64,000 bases of DNA from contig CAYQAP010000002.1 of assembly GCA_964415515.1 (NCBI GenBank), forward strand, positions 28,443-92,442. Direction: 5' to 3'. A program made the translations under genes and the position numbers. Position 1 is the first letter of the stretch. Each line of letters starts with the position of its first letter. This document shows positions 52,863-61,122 of the stretch, in pieces. The DNA comes from an uncultured Gammaproteobacteria bacterium. GTDB taxonomy: Bacteria; Pseudomonadota; Gammaproteobacteria; Arenicellales; DRJH01. The notes beneath the pieces are model-generated. The model was not told the DNA's origin and made no database searches. It was given only the letters and a program-made list of their open reading frames with translations.

Positions 52863-53650
52863 GGGTGAGCCACATCAACAAGAACAACGGTAATATTGTC
52901 CCGGCCTCCGGCCAAGTTGGCCAAATCCAGCAACCGATACACCGCCGTCTTGGCATCTTTAATAGTGGCCAAAGCAAGCGCGATTTCCCTGTCCTCAAGC
53001 ATGTCATGAAGACCGTCCGTGCACAAAATATAGCGATCCCCCGCCAACATTGGGTGATGGCCAACCTCGGCCCGAGCCCTGGCCTCGGTTCCCAGTGCCC
53101 GAGTAATGATGTTGTCCCCCACAGCGGCTGCAGCCTCCACAGGTGAACAGATGCCCTGATCGATTAGCTGCTGTCGCAAAGTGTGGTCACGGGTCAATGG
53201 TGTCAAGGTCGATTGCCGCCATCGATACAAACGGCTGTCCCCGATATGTGCCAACCACAGATTCTGAGCGTGGAATACTGCTGCCACAGCAGTCGTTGCC
53301 ATACCCTGGCAGTCTGCGTCCTGTCTGGCGGTGTCAAGGATGGCATGGTTTGCGGCATTCATCGCCGCCTCCAGAATATTGTTCACTGCTCCGGGCCAGC
53401 GTCCTCCCGCAGTCCGCCATTGATTAGCAAGACTGCGGACAATTTGACTGGTTGCCACGGCGCTGGCCACTTCGCCAGAACGATAGCCGCCAACCCCGTC
53501 AGCGATGACCGCCAGGCCCATCTCGGGGAGCCAGGCCGAACTGTCCTCATTGTGGTCACGTAACTGGCCAACATGGCTTGCCTGGACTGCTGAGAAGCTC
53601 AATATGGATGGAGACAACCCAGTTACGGCATCGTAATGCGGCGTATTCAT
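52859..53650 (-). CDS. PP2C-family (PPM) serine/threonine protein phosphatase
   Basis: 263 aa. GQLRDHNEDS, AVIADGVGGYRSGEVAS, LCTDGL, GGRDNITVVLV. The stop overlaps the rsmG start (ATGA). Confidence 0.88.
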   Translation of the reverse strand: MNTPHYDAVTGLSPSILSFSAVQASHVGQLRDHNEDSSAWLPEMGLAVIADGVGGYRSGEVASAVATSQIVRSLANQWRTAGGRWPGAVNNILEAAMNAANHAILDTARQDADCQGMATTAVAAVFHAQNLWLAHIGDSRLYRWRQSTLTPLTRDHTLRQQLIDQGICSPVEAAAAVGDNIITRALGTEARARAEVGHHPMLAGDRYILCTDGLHDMLEDREIALALATIKDAKTAVYRLLDLANLAGGRDNITVVLVDVAHP

Positions 53651-53754
53651 AGGATGGAATTGTACATCAATGTTGCCGGGTACTCTGTCACAACCCGGCT
53701 TTGCTGTAGAATCCTTCCTTTAGCAACCCGGTTCTGCTCATTCTACGTCTTCCT

Positions 53755-54462
53755 ATGTCTGATTCTTGTAAAATCTCTGTGATAATGCCGGTTCTCAATG
53801 AAGCGACCGTACTGAATAGTGCACTCCCCAAACTGATTCATGACCAATGTTTCAAGGAGGTCATCGTCGTTGATGGTGGCAGCACGGATTCAACGATCAC
53901 AATCGTAGAGAAATTTATTGCTGACCATCCTGACCTTGGCTTGCAACTGCTCCACTCGATTGTCGGTAGAGCGCGACAGATGAACGCCGGCGCTGCTGTG
54001 GCAAAATCACCGATCCTGTTATTCTTGCATGCTGACAGCCGTTTACCCACACACACAGTTCCAGCCATTTGTGCCACCTTGAATCGGCATAATTGGGGCT
54101 TTTTCCGGATCCGTATTGACAGCCCTCAGCTGCTATTGCGGGTAGCCAGTCAAATGATGTGCTGGCGTTCTGCGCTGACCTCAATCGCGACAGGAGACCA
54201 GGCTCTGTTCATCAAGACAGCACTTTTCCAGAGACTCGGTGGCTTTGCCACGATACCCTTGATGGAAGATATCGAACTGTGCCACCGGCTGAAGGGTACA
54301 GGCCGGCCTGCTTGCGTTCTGCGTCCGGTACAGACTTCTGCCCGCCGCTGGCAGTCCCATGGCATGGTACGAACCATTCTACTTATGTGGTCATTACGTT
54401 TTGCTTACTGGCGGGGTGTTGACCCTGCTACGTTGTCGCGCCGTTACCACCATGCCCGCTAA
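53755..54462 (+). CDS. Family-2 glycosyltransferase of the DUF2064-associated type (TIGR04283-like as recalled)
   Basis: 235 aa. ISVIMPVLNEA, VIVVDGGSTDST, GRARQMNAGA, LFLHADSRLP, GDQALF, PLMEDIEL, TSARRW. Confidence 0.8.
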   Translation: MSDSCKISVIMPVLNEATVLNSALPKLIHDQCFKEVIVVDGGSTDSTITIVEKFIADHPDLGLQLLHSIVGRARQMNAGAAVAKSPILLFLHADSRLPTHTVPAICATLNRHNWGFFRIRIDSPQLLLRVASQMMCWRSALTSIATGDQALFIKTALFQRLGGFATIPLMEDIELCHRLKGTGRPACVLRPVQTSARRWQSHGMVRTILLMWSLRFAYWRGVDPATLSRRYHHAR

Positions 54463-55138
54463 GCCCGGTACCCAACCGGAATCATCCGGGTCACCTCAAT
54501 TGCATATTCTGGCTCGTCAGCCTGTAGCAGGTTGCTGTAAAACACGCCTGGAGACACACTGCAGTGCTGAGCAGGCTGCGACTATTGCTGCTGTCTTATT
54601 GCAGGAAACCGTAGCCATCGCCTGCAGCGGCTGGTCAGGCGGGGTATTCCTGCATGGCTCACCGGATTGCCATCACCCACTATTTGCCAGCTTGGCTGCG
54701 CAGTATTCACTCAGCCTCGCCGACCAACAAGGGAAAGATCTGGGACAGATCCAGGCCAATGCGCTGGCGGTATCCCTGAATATTGGTCATGCGGCTGCAG
54801 TAATCGGTTGCGACCTGCCCGGCCTGGAAAAGCAGCTGTTGCAGGAGGCCTACAACCGCCTCCAGCAAGGGGAAGCCTTGCTTGGCCTGTCTCCAGATGG
54901 CGGATATTACTTGCTGGGAGTACCGCACTTGCCACCCGGGTTGCTGCAGCATATTCACTGGAGCAGTACTGAAGTCTCTTCACAGCTACTTCGCAATGCT
55001 CGGGCCTGTCATCTTAACATAGCCTGTGATCTACCTCTTATCAATGACGTCGACACCTGGCAGGATCTGCAGGCAGCGGTTGCTGCAAAACCAGGCCTGG
55101 GACAGCAGCTGCATGCCTGCCTGCCAGCGCTGTGGTAA
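54452..55138 (+). CDS. DUF2064 / CofC-MobA-like putative nucleotidyltransferase (TIGR04282-like as recalled)
   Basis: Internal ATG 54452 overlaps the GT2 stop by 11 nt. ILARQPVAGCCKTRL parallels the family motif AKAPxPGxVKTRL. IGCDLP and DGGYYLLG are further family-like motifs. Confidence 0.7.
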   Translation: MPAKPGTQPESSGSPQLHILARQPVAGCCKTRLETHCSAEQAATIAAVLLQETVAIACSGWSGGVFLHGSPDCHHPLFASLAAQYSLSLADQQGKDLGQIQANALAVSLNIGHAAAVIGCDLPGLEKQLLQEAYNRLQQGEALLGLSPDGGYYLLGVPHLPPGLLQHIHWSSTEVSSQLLRNARACHLNIACDLPLINDVDTWQDLQAAVAAKPGLGQQLHACLPALW

Positions 55139-56079
55139 AAGAGCCCAGGATGCCTCCGCCTGCTAAGACCGCTTCGACCCGGGCCTTGTTAGCCCCAGGT
55201 TACTGGCCAACCTGGCTGGGGCTAGGCTGCCTGCGCTTGCTCAGACTGCTGCCATTACCCGTATTGTGGGCCTTGGCCTCAGTGCCGGGTTATCTGTTGT
55301 ACGGGCTGATCTTCTCAAGGAGGCGTGTCGTGCTACGCAATCTTGAAACCTGTTTCCCAGACTGGAGTCGAAAACGGAGACAACAGGTAGCGCGCAAGCA
55401 TTTCCATTATGCTACCTTCATGCTGTTGCTTGAGGGTTACGTGTGGTGGGGCAGTCCGCAGCAGCTGCAACAGATCGGCCGGTTCCACAACCGTCAGTTC
55501 TACGATCAGGTCATTGCCCAGGGCCACAATATCATTTTACTCGTACCACATTTCCTGGGCTTGGAAATCGGTGGTTTGTTACTCGCACTGGAACGCCCTA
55601 TGAGCAGCATGTATCAGTACAGCAAAAATCAGCTGCTGGATAGGGTGGTGCATCAAGGTCGGACCCGTTTTGGTGGCCAGCTGATTGAACGCAAAGCCCC
55701 GCTGAACGTACTCATACGCAGCCTGCGCAGTGGCAAGCCGTTTTATTATTTACCGGACCAGGATGCCGGCCTCCGCAAAGGAGTATTCGCCCCTTTTTTC
55801 GGTACCCCAGCGGCCACTTACCCGCTGCTAGGAAAATTCGCCCGCTTGGGCAAAGCAACGATCATCCCTTGCTACACCCGATTGCTTGCGAAGGGCAAAG
55901 GTTTTGAGGTGGTTTTTTTACCCCCGCTGCAAAATTACCCAACCGGTGATGAATTGTCCGATACCACGACCATGAATGCGGTGATTGAACAAATGGCCAC
56001 AGCTGAACCCGAGCAGTATTTCTGGTTACACAAACGCTTCAAGACTCGCCCCCCCGGGGCAACGAAATTTTATACCTGA
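55132..56079 (+). CDS. LpxL/HtrB-family late (lipid A-type) acyltransferase
   Basis: 315 aa (GTG 55132, alternative ATG 55150). N-terminal TM anchor, LLVPHFLGLEIGG (H-x4-E/D region), YYLPDQDAG, FGTPAAT. Confidence 0.8.
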   Translation: MVKEPRMPPPAKTASTRALLAPGYWPTWLGLGCLRLLRLLPLPVLWALASVPGYLLYGLIFSRRRVVLRNLETCFPDWSRKRRQQVARKHFHYATFMLLLEGYVWWGSPQQLQQIGRFHNRQFYDQVIAQGHNIILLVPHFLGLEIGGLLLALERPMSSMYQYSKNQLLDRVVHQGRTRFGGQLIERKAPLNVLIRSLRSGKPFYYLPDQDAGLRKGVFAPFFGTPAATYPLLGKFARLGKATIIPCYTRLLAKGKGFEVVFLPPLQNYPTGDELSDTTTMNAVIEQMATAEPEQYFWLHKRFKTRPPGATKFYT

Positions 56080-56109
56080 GTGGCACCCAGGTAGAAACCC
56101 GGTGCTTGT

Positions 56110-57996
56110 TCATCCAGAGCTCTTTTTCAAATAGACCAACAGCAGCGATATCGCTGCTGGTGTAATACCCGGAATTCGGGCCGCCTGACCCAAGGTTCGC
56201 GGTTGCTGTTGTTGCAGCTTTTGTTGTACTTCAGCCGATAACCCCCGAACCTCAGAATACCTGAACTCTACCGGCAACTGCATTTGCTCATGCTGTTGAT
56301 GGCGCTCAATTTCCCGGTGTTGGCGTTGCAAATAACCCTCATAACGTGCTTTTATTTGCAATTGGGCAATCGCCTCAGAATCCTTAAGCCCGGGGTTAAA
56401 GCCCGGCAACATTCCCAAACCCTGGTAGTCGACTCCAGGGCGTTTGAGCAGCTCGAACAAATGTGCTTCACGTTTCAGGTGCTGACCAAACACTTGCTGT
56501 TGCACTTCATTCGGGATCTGTTCGGGGTGCACTACCGTAGCCCGCAGGCGCTTGACTTCCGCCGCCACCGCATCCCGCTTGTCACAAAAGCGCTGCCAGC
56601 GCTGATCATCCACCAGACCCAGCTCACGACCGATGGGTGTCAAGCGCAGGTCTGCGTTGTCCTCTCGCAGGCTCAGTCGATATTCGGCGCGGGAAGTAAA
56701 CATCCGATAAGGCTCAGAGGTCCCACGGGTAATAAGATCGTCGATCATGACCCCAATATAGGCTTGATCACGGCGCGGATACCAGGGGGCTTTCCCGGTC
56801 ACACGCAAGGCCGCATTGAGTCCGGCAATCAACCCCTGGCCGGCGGCTTCTTCATAGCCGGTTGTGCCGTTGATCTGGCCAGCAAAAAACAACTGCCGGA
56901 TGGCCTTGGTCTCGAGCCATGGCTCAAGATCACGTGGATCAAAATAATCGTATTCTATGGCATAGCCAGGCCGGGTGATGTGGGCCTGCTCAAATCCGGC
57001 AATGCTGCGTACGAACCGTAGCTGTATATCATAGGGCAGGCTGGTGGATATGCCATTGGGGTAGAGTTCAGTGGTCTCCAAGCCCTCCGGTTCTACAAAG
57101 ATCTGGTGCGAATCCCGATCAGAAAAACGCACCACCTTGTCCTCGATGGAGGGACAGTAACGTGGACCAACACCTTCAATCCTACCACTATACAGTGGAG
57201 AACGATCCAGGGCATTGCGGATCACTGCATGGGTTTCGGGATTGGTTTGGGTAATGTAACAGGGCACTTGCCGGGGATGATCGCTGGCCTGCCCCATAAA
57301 CGAGAATACCGGCACCGGCTTATCACCCGGCTGTACGGTCATCCGGGAAAAATCCACTGAACGGCCATCGATACGTGGCGGAGTACCGGTCTTGAGCCGA
57401 TCTACACGCAGCGACAATGCCCGCAAACGTTGCGCCAAAGCCTTGGCAGGCTGGTCTCCAGCCCGCCCGCCCGCATAGTGCGTCAACCCGATATGGATGA
57501 TTCCACCAAGAAATGTGCCGGTCGCCAACACTACGCAATAACCGCGTAAAATCAGGCCCAGTTCGGTCTTTACTCCGACCACTTTGCTGCCTTCAACAAC
57601 CAGATCTTCTACCGACTGCTGTAACACCTGCAAGCCAGCCTGGTGTTCCAGTTGCCACCGAATGTGGTGCTTGTAAAGTGCGCGATCCGTCTGTGCCCGT
57701 GTCGCCTGTACTGCAGGGCCTTTGCGGGCATTCAAGGTCCGCAACTGAATGCCGGCATGATCTGCCGCCTGTGCCATACTGCCACCCATGGCATCGATTT
57801 CCCGAACAATATGCCCCTTCCCGATACCACCAATCGCCGGATTACAGGACATCTGGCCCAGGGTTTCAATATTCTGACTGATTAAGAGTGTCTGTGCCCC
57901 TATTCGTGCAGCAGCCAGCGCTGCCTCTGTCCCGGCATGCCCACCCCCGACTACGATGACTTCGTAATTCTGTGAAACAGCTTGCTTGCCGCGCAT
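56110..57996 (-). CDS. mnmG: tRNA uridine 5-carboxymethylaminomethyl modification enzyme
   Basis: 628 aa. [16 protein letters not shown], full-length GidA. Confidence 0.96.
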   Translation of the reverse strand: MRGKQAVSQNYEVIVVGGGHAGTEAALAAARIGAQTLLISQNIETLGQMSCNPAIGGIGKGHIVREIDAMGGSMAQAADHAGIQLRTLNARKGPAVQATRAQTDRALYKHHIRWQLEHQAGLQVLQQSVEDLVVEGSKVVGVKTELGLILRGYCVVLATGTFLGGIIHIGLTHYAGGRAGDQPAKALAQRLRALSLRVDRLKTGTPPRIDGRSVDFSRMTVQPGDKPVPVFSFMGQASDHPRQVPCYITQTNPETHAVIRNALDRSPLYSGRIEGVGPRYCPSIEDKVVRFSDRDSHQIFVEPEGLETTELYPNGISTSLPYDIQLRFVRSIAGFEQAHITRPGYAIEYDYFDPRDLEPWLETKAIRQLFFAGQINGTTGYEEAAGQGLIAGLNAALRVTGKAPWYPRRDQAYIGVMIDDLITRGTSEPYRMFTSRAEYRLSLREDNADLRLTPIGRELGLVDDQRWQRFCDKRDAVAAEVKRLRATVVHPEQIPNEVQQQVFGQHLKREAHLFELLKRPGVDYQGLGMLPGFNPGLKDSEAIAQLQIKARYEGYLQRQHREIERHQQHEQMQLPVEFRYSEVRGLSAEVQQKLQQQQPRTLGQAARIPGITPAAISLLLVYLKKSSG

Positions 57997-58417
57997 TGTT
58001 CACCTTTTGCAGTACACAGGAGTAGTCACCGTTCGCCAGTAATTCCGGCATTAGCGGCAGTTCCTGTCGGCCAGGAGCCTGCAGGAGGAGTTGACTTGCT
58101 ATACCATTGTACGTAAATCTCTTGCTCGACGCACTCTCACATTGAGTTGCTACCCACTACAAGCTCCCACATTTCATAGCCAACCGATGATACTCGCCTT
58201 ACTGCCCCTCACAAAGCAACCATAAAATGCACTGCGTATCTCCGCCGGCAGAGAAGCTGATTCAATACACGGGTGATGTGCTCTGCCACAATGGCGTGCT
58301 ATGCTTATTGTTCTGTGCTTACCAGCTTGCAACACTGGCCGCAGCAATAACTTGGTGGGTAAAACGCAAACCGACTTCGCTACCCAGAACACTATAGCCT
58401 CCTTATAAGGATCCGGC

Positions 58418-59515
58418 ATGGACATTACCCAGTATCTGAAACTTATGGTAGACAAATCTGCCTCTGATCTGTTTTTCAGCACCGGAGCACCGGTGGGTAT
58501 TAAAATTGAGGGCCTTACCCGACCTGTAGGCAAAAAAAACCTGGCTCTTGGCATGGTCAAAGAAATCGCCTACTCGATCATGACAGATCAACAACAGAAG
58601 GTGTTTGAGGCTACACTGGAGATGAACCTTGGTCTTTCCATTAATAGTCTGGGTCGCTTTCGTATCAATGTTTTCAGACAGCGTGGCGAGGTTGCCATGG
58701 TGATTCGCTACATCAAATCCTCTGTGCCTTCGCTTAAGGCCCTGGGTCTGCCAGCGACGTTAAGTCAACTCATTATGCTTAAACGAGGCCTGGTGCTAGT
58801 CGTGGGTGCAACCGGATCAGGCAAGTCCACTTCGCTGGCGTCGATGATAGATTATCGTAATAACCGCAGCACAGGACATATCCTTACCATCGAAGATCCC
58901 CTGGAATTTTTACACGCGCACAAAAAAAGTATCGTTAACCAGCGCGAAGTGGGGCTTGATACCAAGTCCTATGGTGAGGCGTTGAAAAATGCCATGCGCG
59001 AGGCCCCCGATGTGATTCTGATTGGTGAAGTCCGTGATCGAGAAACCATGGAACACGCAATTCATTATGCCGAGACAGGGCATCTGTGCCTCACTACGCT
59101 ACATGCCAACAACGCGAACCAGGCGTTGGACAGAATCATCAATTTCTTTCCCGACTCGTCCCACCATCAGTTGCTGCTGGATCTGTCACTGAATTTAAAA
59201 GGTATTGTTTCACAGCGCCTGGTGCCAGGCCTGCAATCTCGACTGGTCCCTGCAGTTGAAATCTTGCTCAATTCTCCCTATATCGCCCAACTCGTCCAGG
59301 ACGGCAATATCCAGGAAATCAAGACTATTATGGAACAAAGTACCGACAACGGTATGCAAACCTTTGATCAATCTCTGTTCTCTCTTTATTCCAACAAGCA
59401 AATCAGCCGTGAAGAAGCGTTAAAGAATGCCGATTCAAGAAATAATCTTGGCCTGAAAATACGTATGATGGAAGGGGTTACCACAGAAAATCTAGATCCC
59501 ATGCTGATCAGCTAG
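58418..59515 (+). CDS. pilU: Type IVa pilus retraction ATPase, PilU-like
   Basis: 365 aa. LVVGATGSGKSTS, GHLCLTTLHANNANQALDRIINFFP and MQTFDQSL match PilU better than PilT. Confidence 0.85.
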   Translation: MDITQYLKLMVDKSASDLFFSTGAPVGIKIEGLTRPVGKKNLALGMVKEIAYSIMTDQQQKVFEATLEMNLGLSINSLGRFRINVFRQRGEVAMVIRYIKSSVPSLKALGLPATLSQLIMLKRGLVLVVGATGSGKSTSLASMIDYRNNRSTGHILTIEDPLEFLHAHKKSIVNQREVGLDTKSYGEALKNAMREAPDVILIGEVRDRETMEHAIHYAETGHLCLTTLHANNANQALDRIINFFPDSSHHQLLLDLSLNLKGIVSQRLVPGLQSRLVPAVEILLNSPYIAQLVQDGNIQEIKTIMEQSTDNGMQTFDQSLFSLYSNKQISREEALKNADSRNNLGLKIRMMEGVTTENLDPMLIS

Positions 59516-59526
59516 GCGATTTATCC

Positions 59527-60378
59527 ATGTCCACTCTGGAGGCATTTCTGCAGCAGCAAGTCCTGCCATGGGGTAGCCGGATCATTCTTGCGGTCGTAAT
59601 TTTTCTGGTCGGTAAGTGGTTGGTGCGCATTTTATGCCGGGTATTGGCCCGGCTGTTGCAGAAGCTCGACCTGGACCCCATTCTGGTCAATTTTGGCCAG
59701 TCGATTGCTCATGGCCTGTTACTGTTGCTGGTCTTTATCGCAACCCTCAATCAATTGGGAATTGATACAACCTCGCTGATCGCGCTGATTGGTGCGGCTA
59801 GCCTGGCGGTCGGCCTGGCACTGCAGGATGCATTGAAAAATCTCGCTTCTGGTGTTGTCCTGATCATAACCAGGCCCTTTGCCAGCGGTGACTATATCGA
59901 GGTTGCCGCCACCAGTGGCACAGTCAAACGCATGGAAATCTTCAATACCATACTACACACAGGAGACAATCGTGTCGTGATGATCCCAAACGGTAAAGTC
60001 CTCGGCTCCATCATCACCAACTACTCGGCTCTGGATCAACGGCGGATCGATCTTGACGTAGGTATCAGTTACCAGGATGACTTGCAGAGGGTCAAAGCTG
60101 TGCTGCTGGAAAGGTTACAAAACAGCCCACAATTACTCCAGCAACCTGCGCCTGTTGTACTCGTTGACTCTTTGGGAGAATACAGCATGCAACTGATTAT
60201 CCGGGTCTGGGCCAAGACCTCAGATTATTCGACCGCCCGTACTGAGTTGCTTGAAAACATCACTCTGGATTTCGACCGTGCCGGGCTGTCTTTGCCCTAT
60301 CCCCAACTAGGCATTCACCTTGATGAAATGTCTCCAGATCGATTGGAGCTTGGAAAATCAGATAAAACCACAGGATAA
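59527..60378 (+). CDS. Small-conductance mechanosensitive channel (MscS family)
   Basis: 283 aa. Three N-terminal TM segments, then LALQDALKNLASGVVLIITRPFASGDYIEV and a beta-domain. Confidence 0.88.
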   Translation: MSTLEAFLQQQVLPWGSRIILAVVIFLVGKWLVRILCRVLARLLQKLDLDPILVNFGQSIAHGLLLLLVFIATLNQLGIDTTSLIALIGAASLAVGLALQDALKNLASGVVLIITRPFASGDYIEVAATSGTVKRMEIFNTILHTGDNRVVMIPNGKVLGSIITNYSALDQRRIDLDVGISYQDDLQRVKAVLLERLQNSPQLLQQPAPVVLVDSLGEYSMQLIIRVWAKTSDYSTARTELLENITLDFDRAGLSLPYPQLGIHLDEMSPDRLELGKSDKTTG

Positions 60379-60576
60379 ATCACCAACTTCTTGCTCTGGA
60401 TCAAGATCTGTGTCAACTCTTCGTCCTTACTACTAGCGCCCTAACATTACCGTAATTATACTCCTGTTCGTCTTCAAACCAGCTGTGTGGAAATTGCTCT
60501 TCGCTCTGTTTTGTAAGCAACTACCAATAGCCCTCGACAGGGGGCTAACAATTGAAATATCTTGAGGATTAATGAC

Positions 60577-61014
60577 ATGAAAATGAAGAAACTAGTTGCC
60601 TCTATGGTGTGTGCGTCCGGCATCACCATGTTACTCGGCGCTCCTGCTGCGCAAGCAGACTCCACCATTCTGGCCAGTATGTGGGACCGTGGCGGTGCCA
60701 TGGGCTTTACCTTGAGCCAGGCTACGGCCACAGCCGGTAAAGTGACCTTCCAGGTCACCAATGATTCAGAAGGTATGGTACATGAACTGCTGGTTTCTCC
60801 TGTCAAAACCTTCATGAATTTCGGCTACACGCCAGATACCAAAAAAGGTCGAGTTGATGAAGACTCGATGCATATTATTGGAGAAACGCATGGTATGAAA
60901 CCAGGCACATACAAAGCGCTTACCCTTGACCTTAAACCCGGTAAATATATGATTGTTTGTAACAAGCCAGGGCATTTTGGTGCCGGTATGTTCGTGCCAT
61001 TTGTGGTGTATTGA
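60577..61014 (+). CDS. Periplasmic cupredoxin-domain protein (plastocyanin-like loop)
   Basis: Start MKMKKLVASMV. Signal peptide ending AAQA. GKVTFQVTNDSEGMVHELLV and GKYMIVCNKPGHFGAGM (C-x4-H-x4-M). Confidence 0.8.
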   Translation: MKMKKLVASMVCASGITMLLGAPAAQADSTILASMWDRGGAMGFTLSQATATAGKVTFQVTNDSEGMVHELLVSPVKTFMNFGYTPDTKKGRVDEDSMHIIGETHGMKPGTYKALTLDLKPGKYMIVCNKPGHFGAGMFVPFVVY

Positions 61015-61044
61015 TACATCAGTAAATCACTACTGCGTCAGCAA

Positions 61045-61072
61045 GGGGGGGCACAACTGCCTCCCCTTTTTT
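61045..61072 (+). terminator. Rho-independent terminator downstream of the cupredoxin gene
   Basis: GGGGGGGCA-CAAC-TGCCTCCCC stem (9 bp including one G-U pair) followed by T6. Confidence 0.7.
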
Positions 61073-61122
61073 CTTGCTATTTTCGGCCCAGTCACGCAAC
61101 AACCCCCCCCTGGTAGCGACCG

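Noticed and set aside
57971-57978. parS half-sites (GTGAAACA here; TGTTTCAC at 59207-59214)
   Set aside because: Neither is part of a full TGTTTCACGTGAAACA palindrome. No complete parS was found by eye in or near parAB, but a proper pattern search should be run before concluding that it is absent.
58356-58386. c-di-GMP-I (GEMM) riboswitch-like motif (GGTGGGTAAAACGCAAACCG) in the pilU leader
   Set aside because: There is only a partial resemblance to the conserved GGGACGCAAAGCC segment. I could not find the paired GGCAAACC / GNRA-tetraloop hairpin or the tetraloop receptor. An Infernal scan would be needed, so I do not call it.
57997-58417. Possible oriC next to mnmG (as in E. coli gidA-oriC-mioC)
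   Set aside because: No DnaA boxes, 13-mer AT-rich repeats or GATC clustering were seen in the 420-bp gap.
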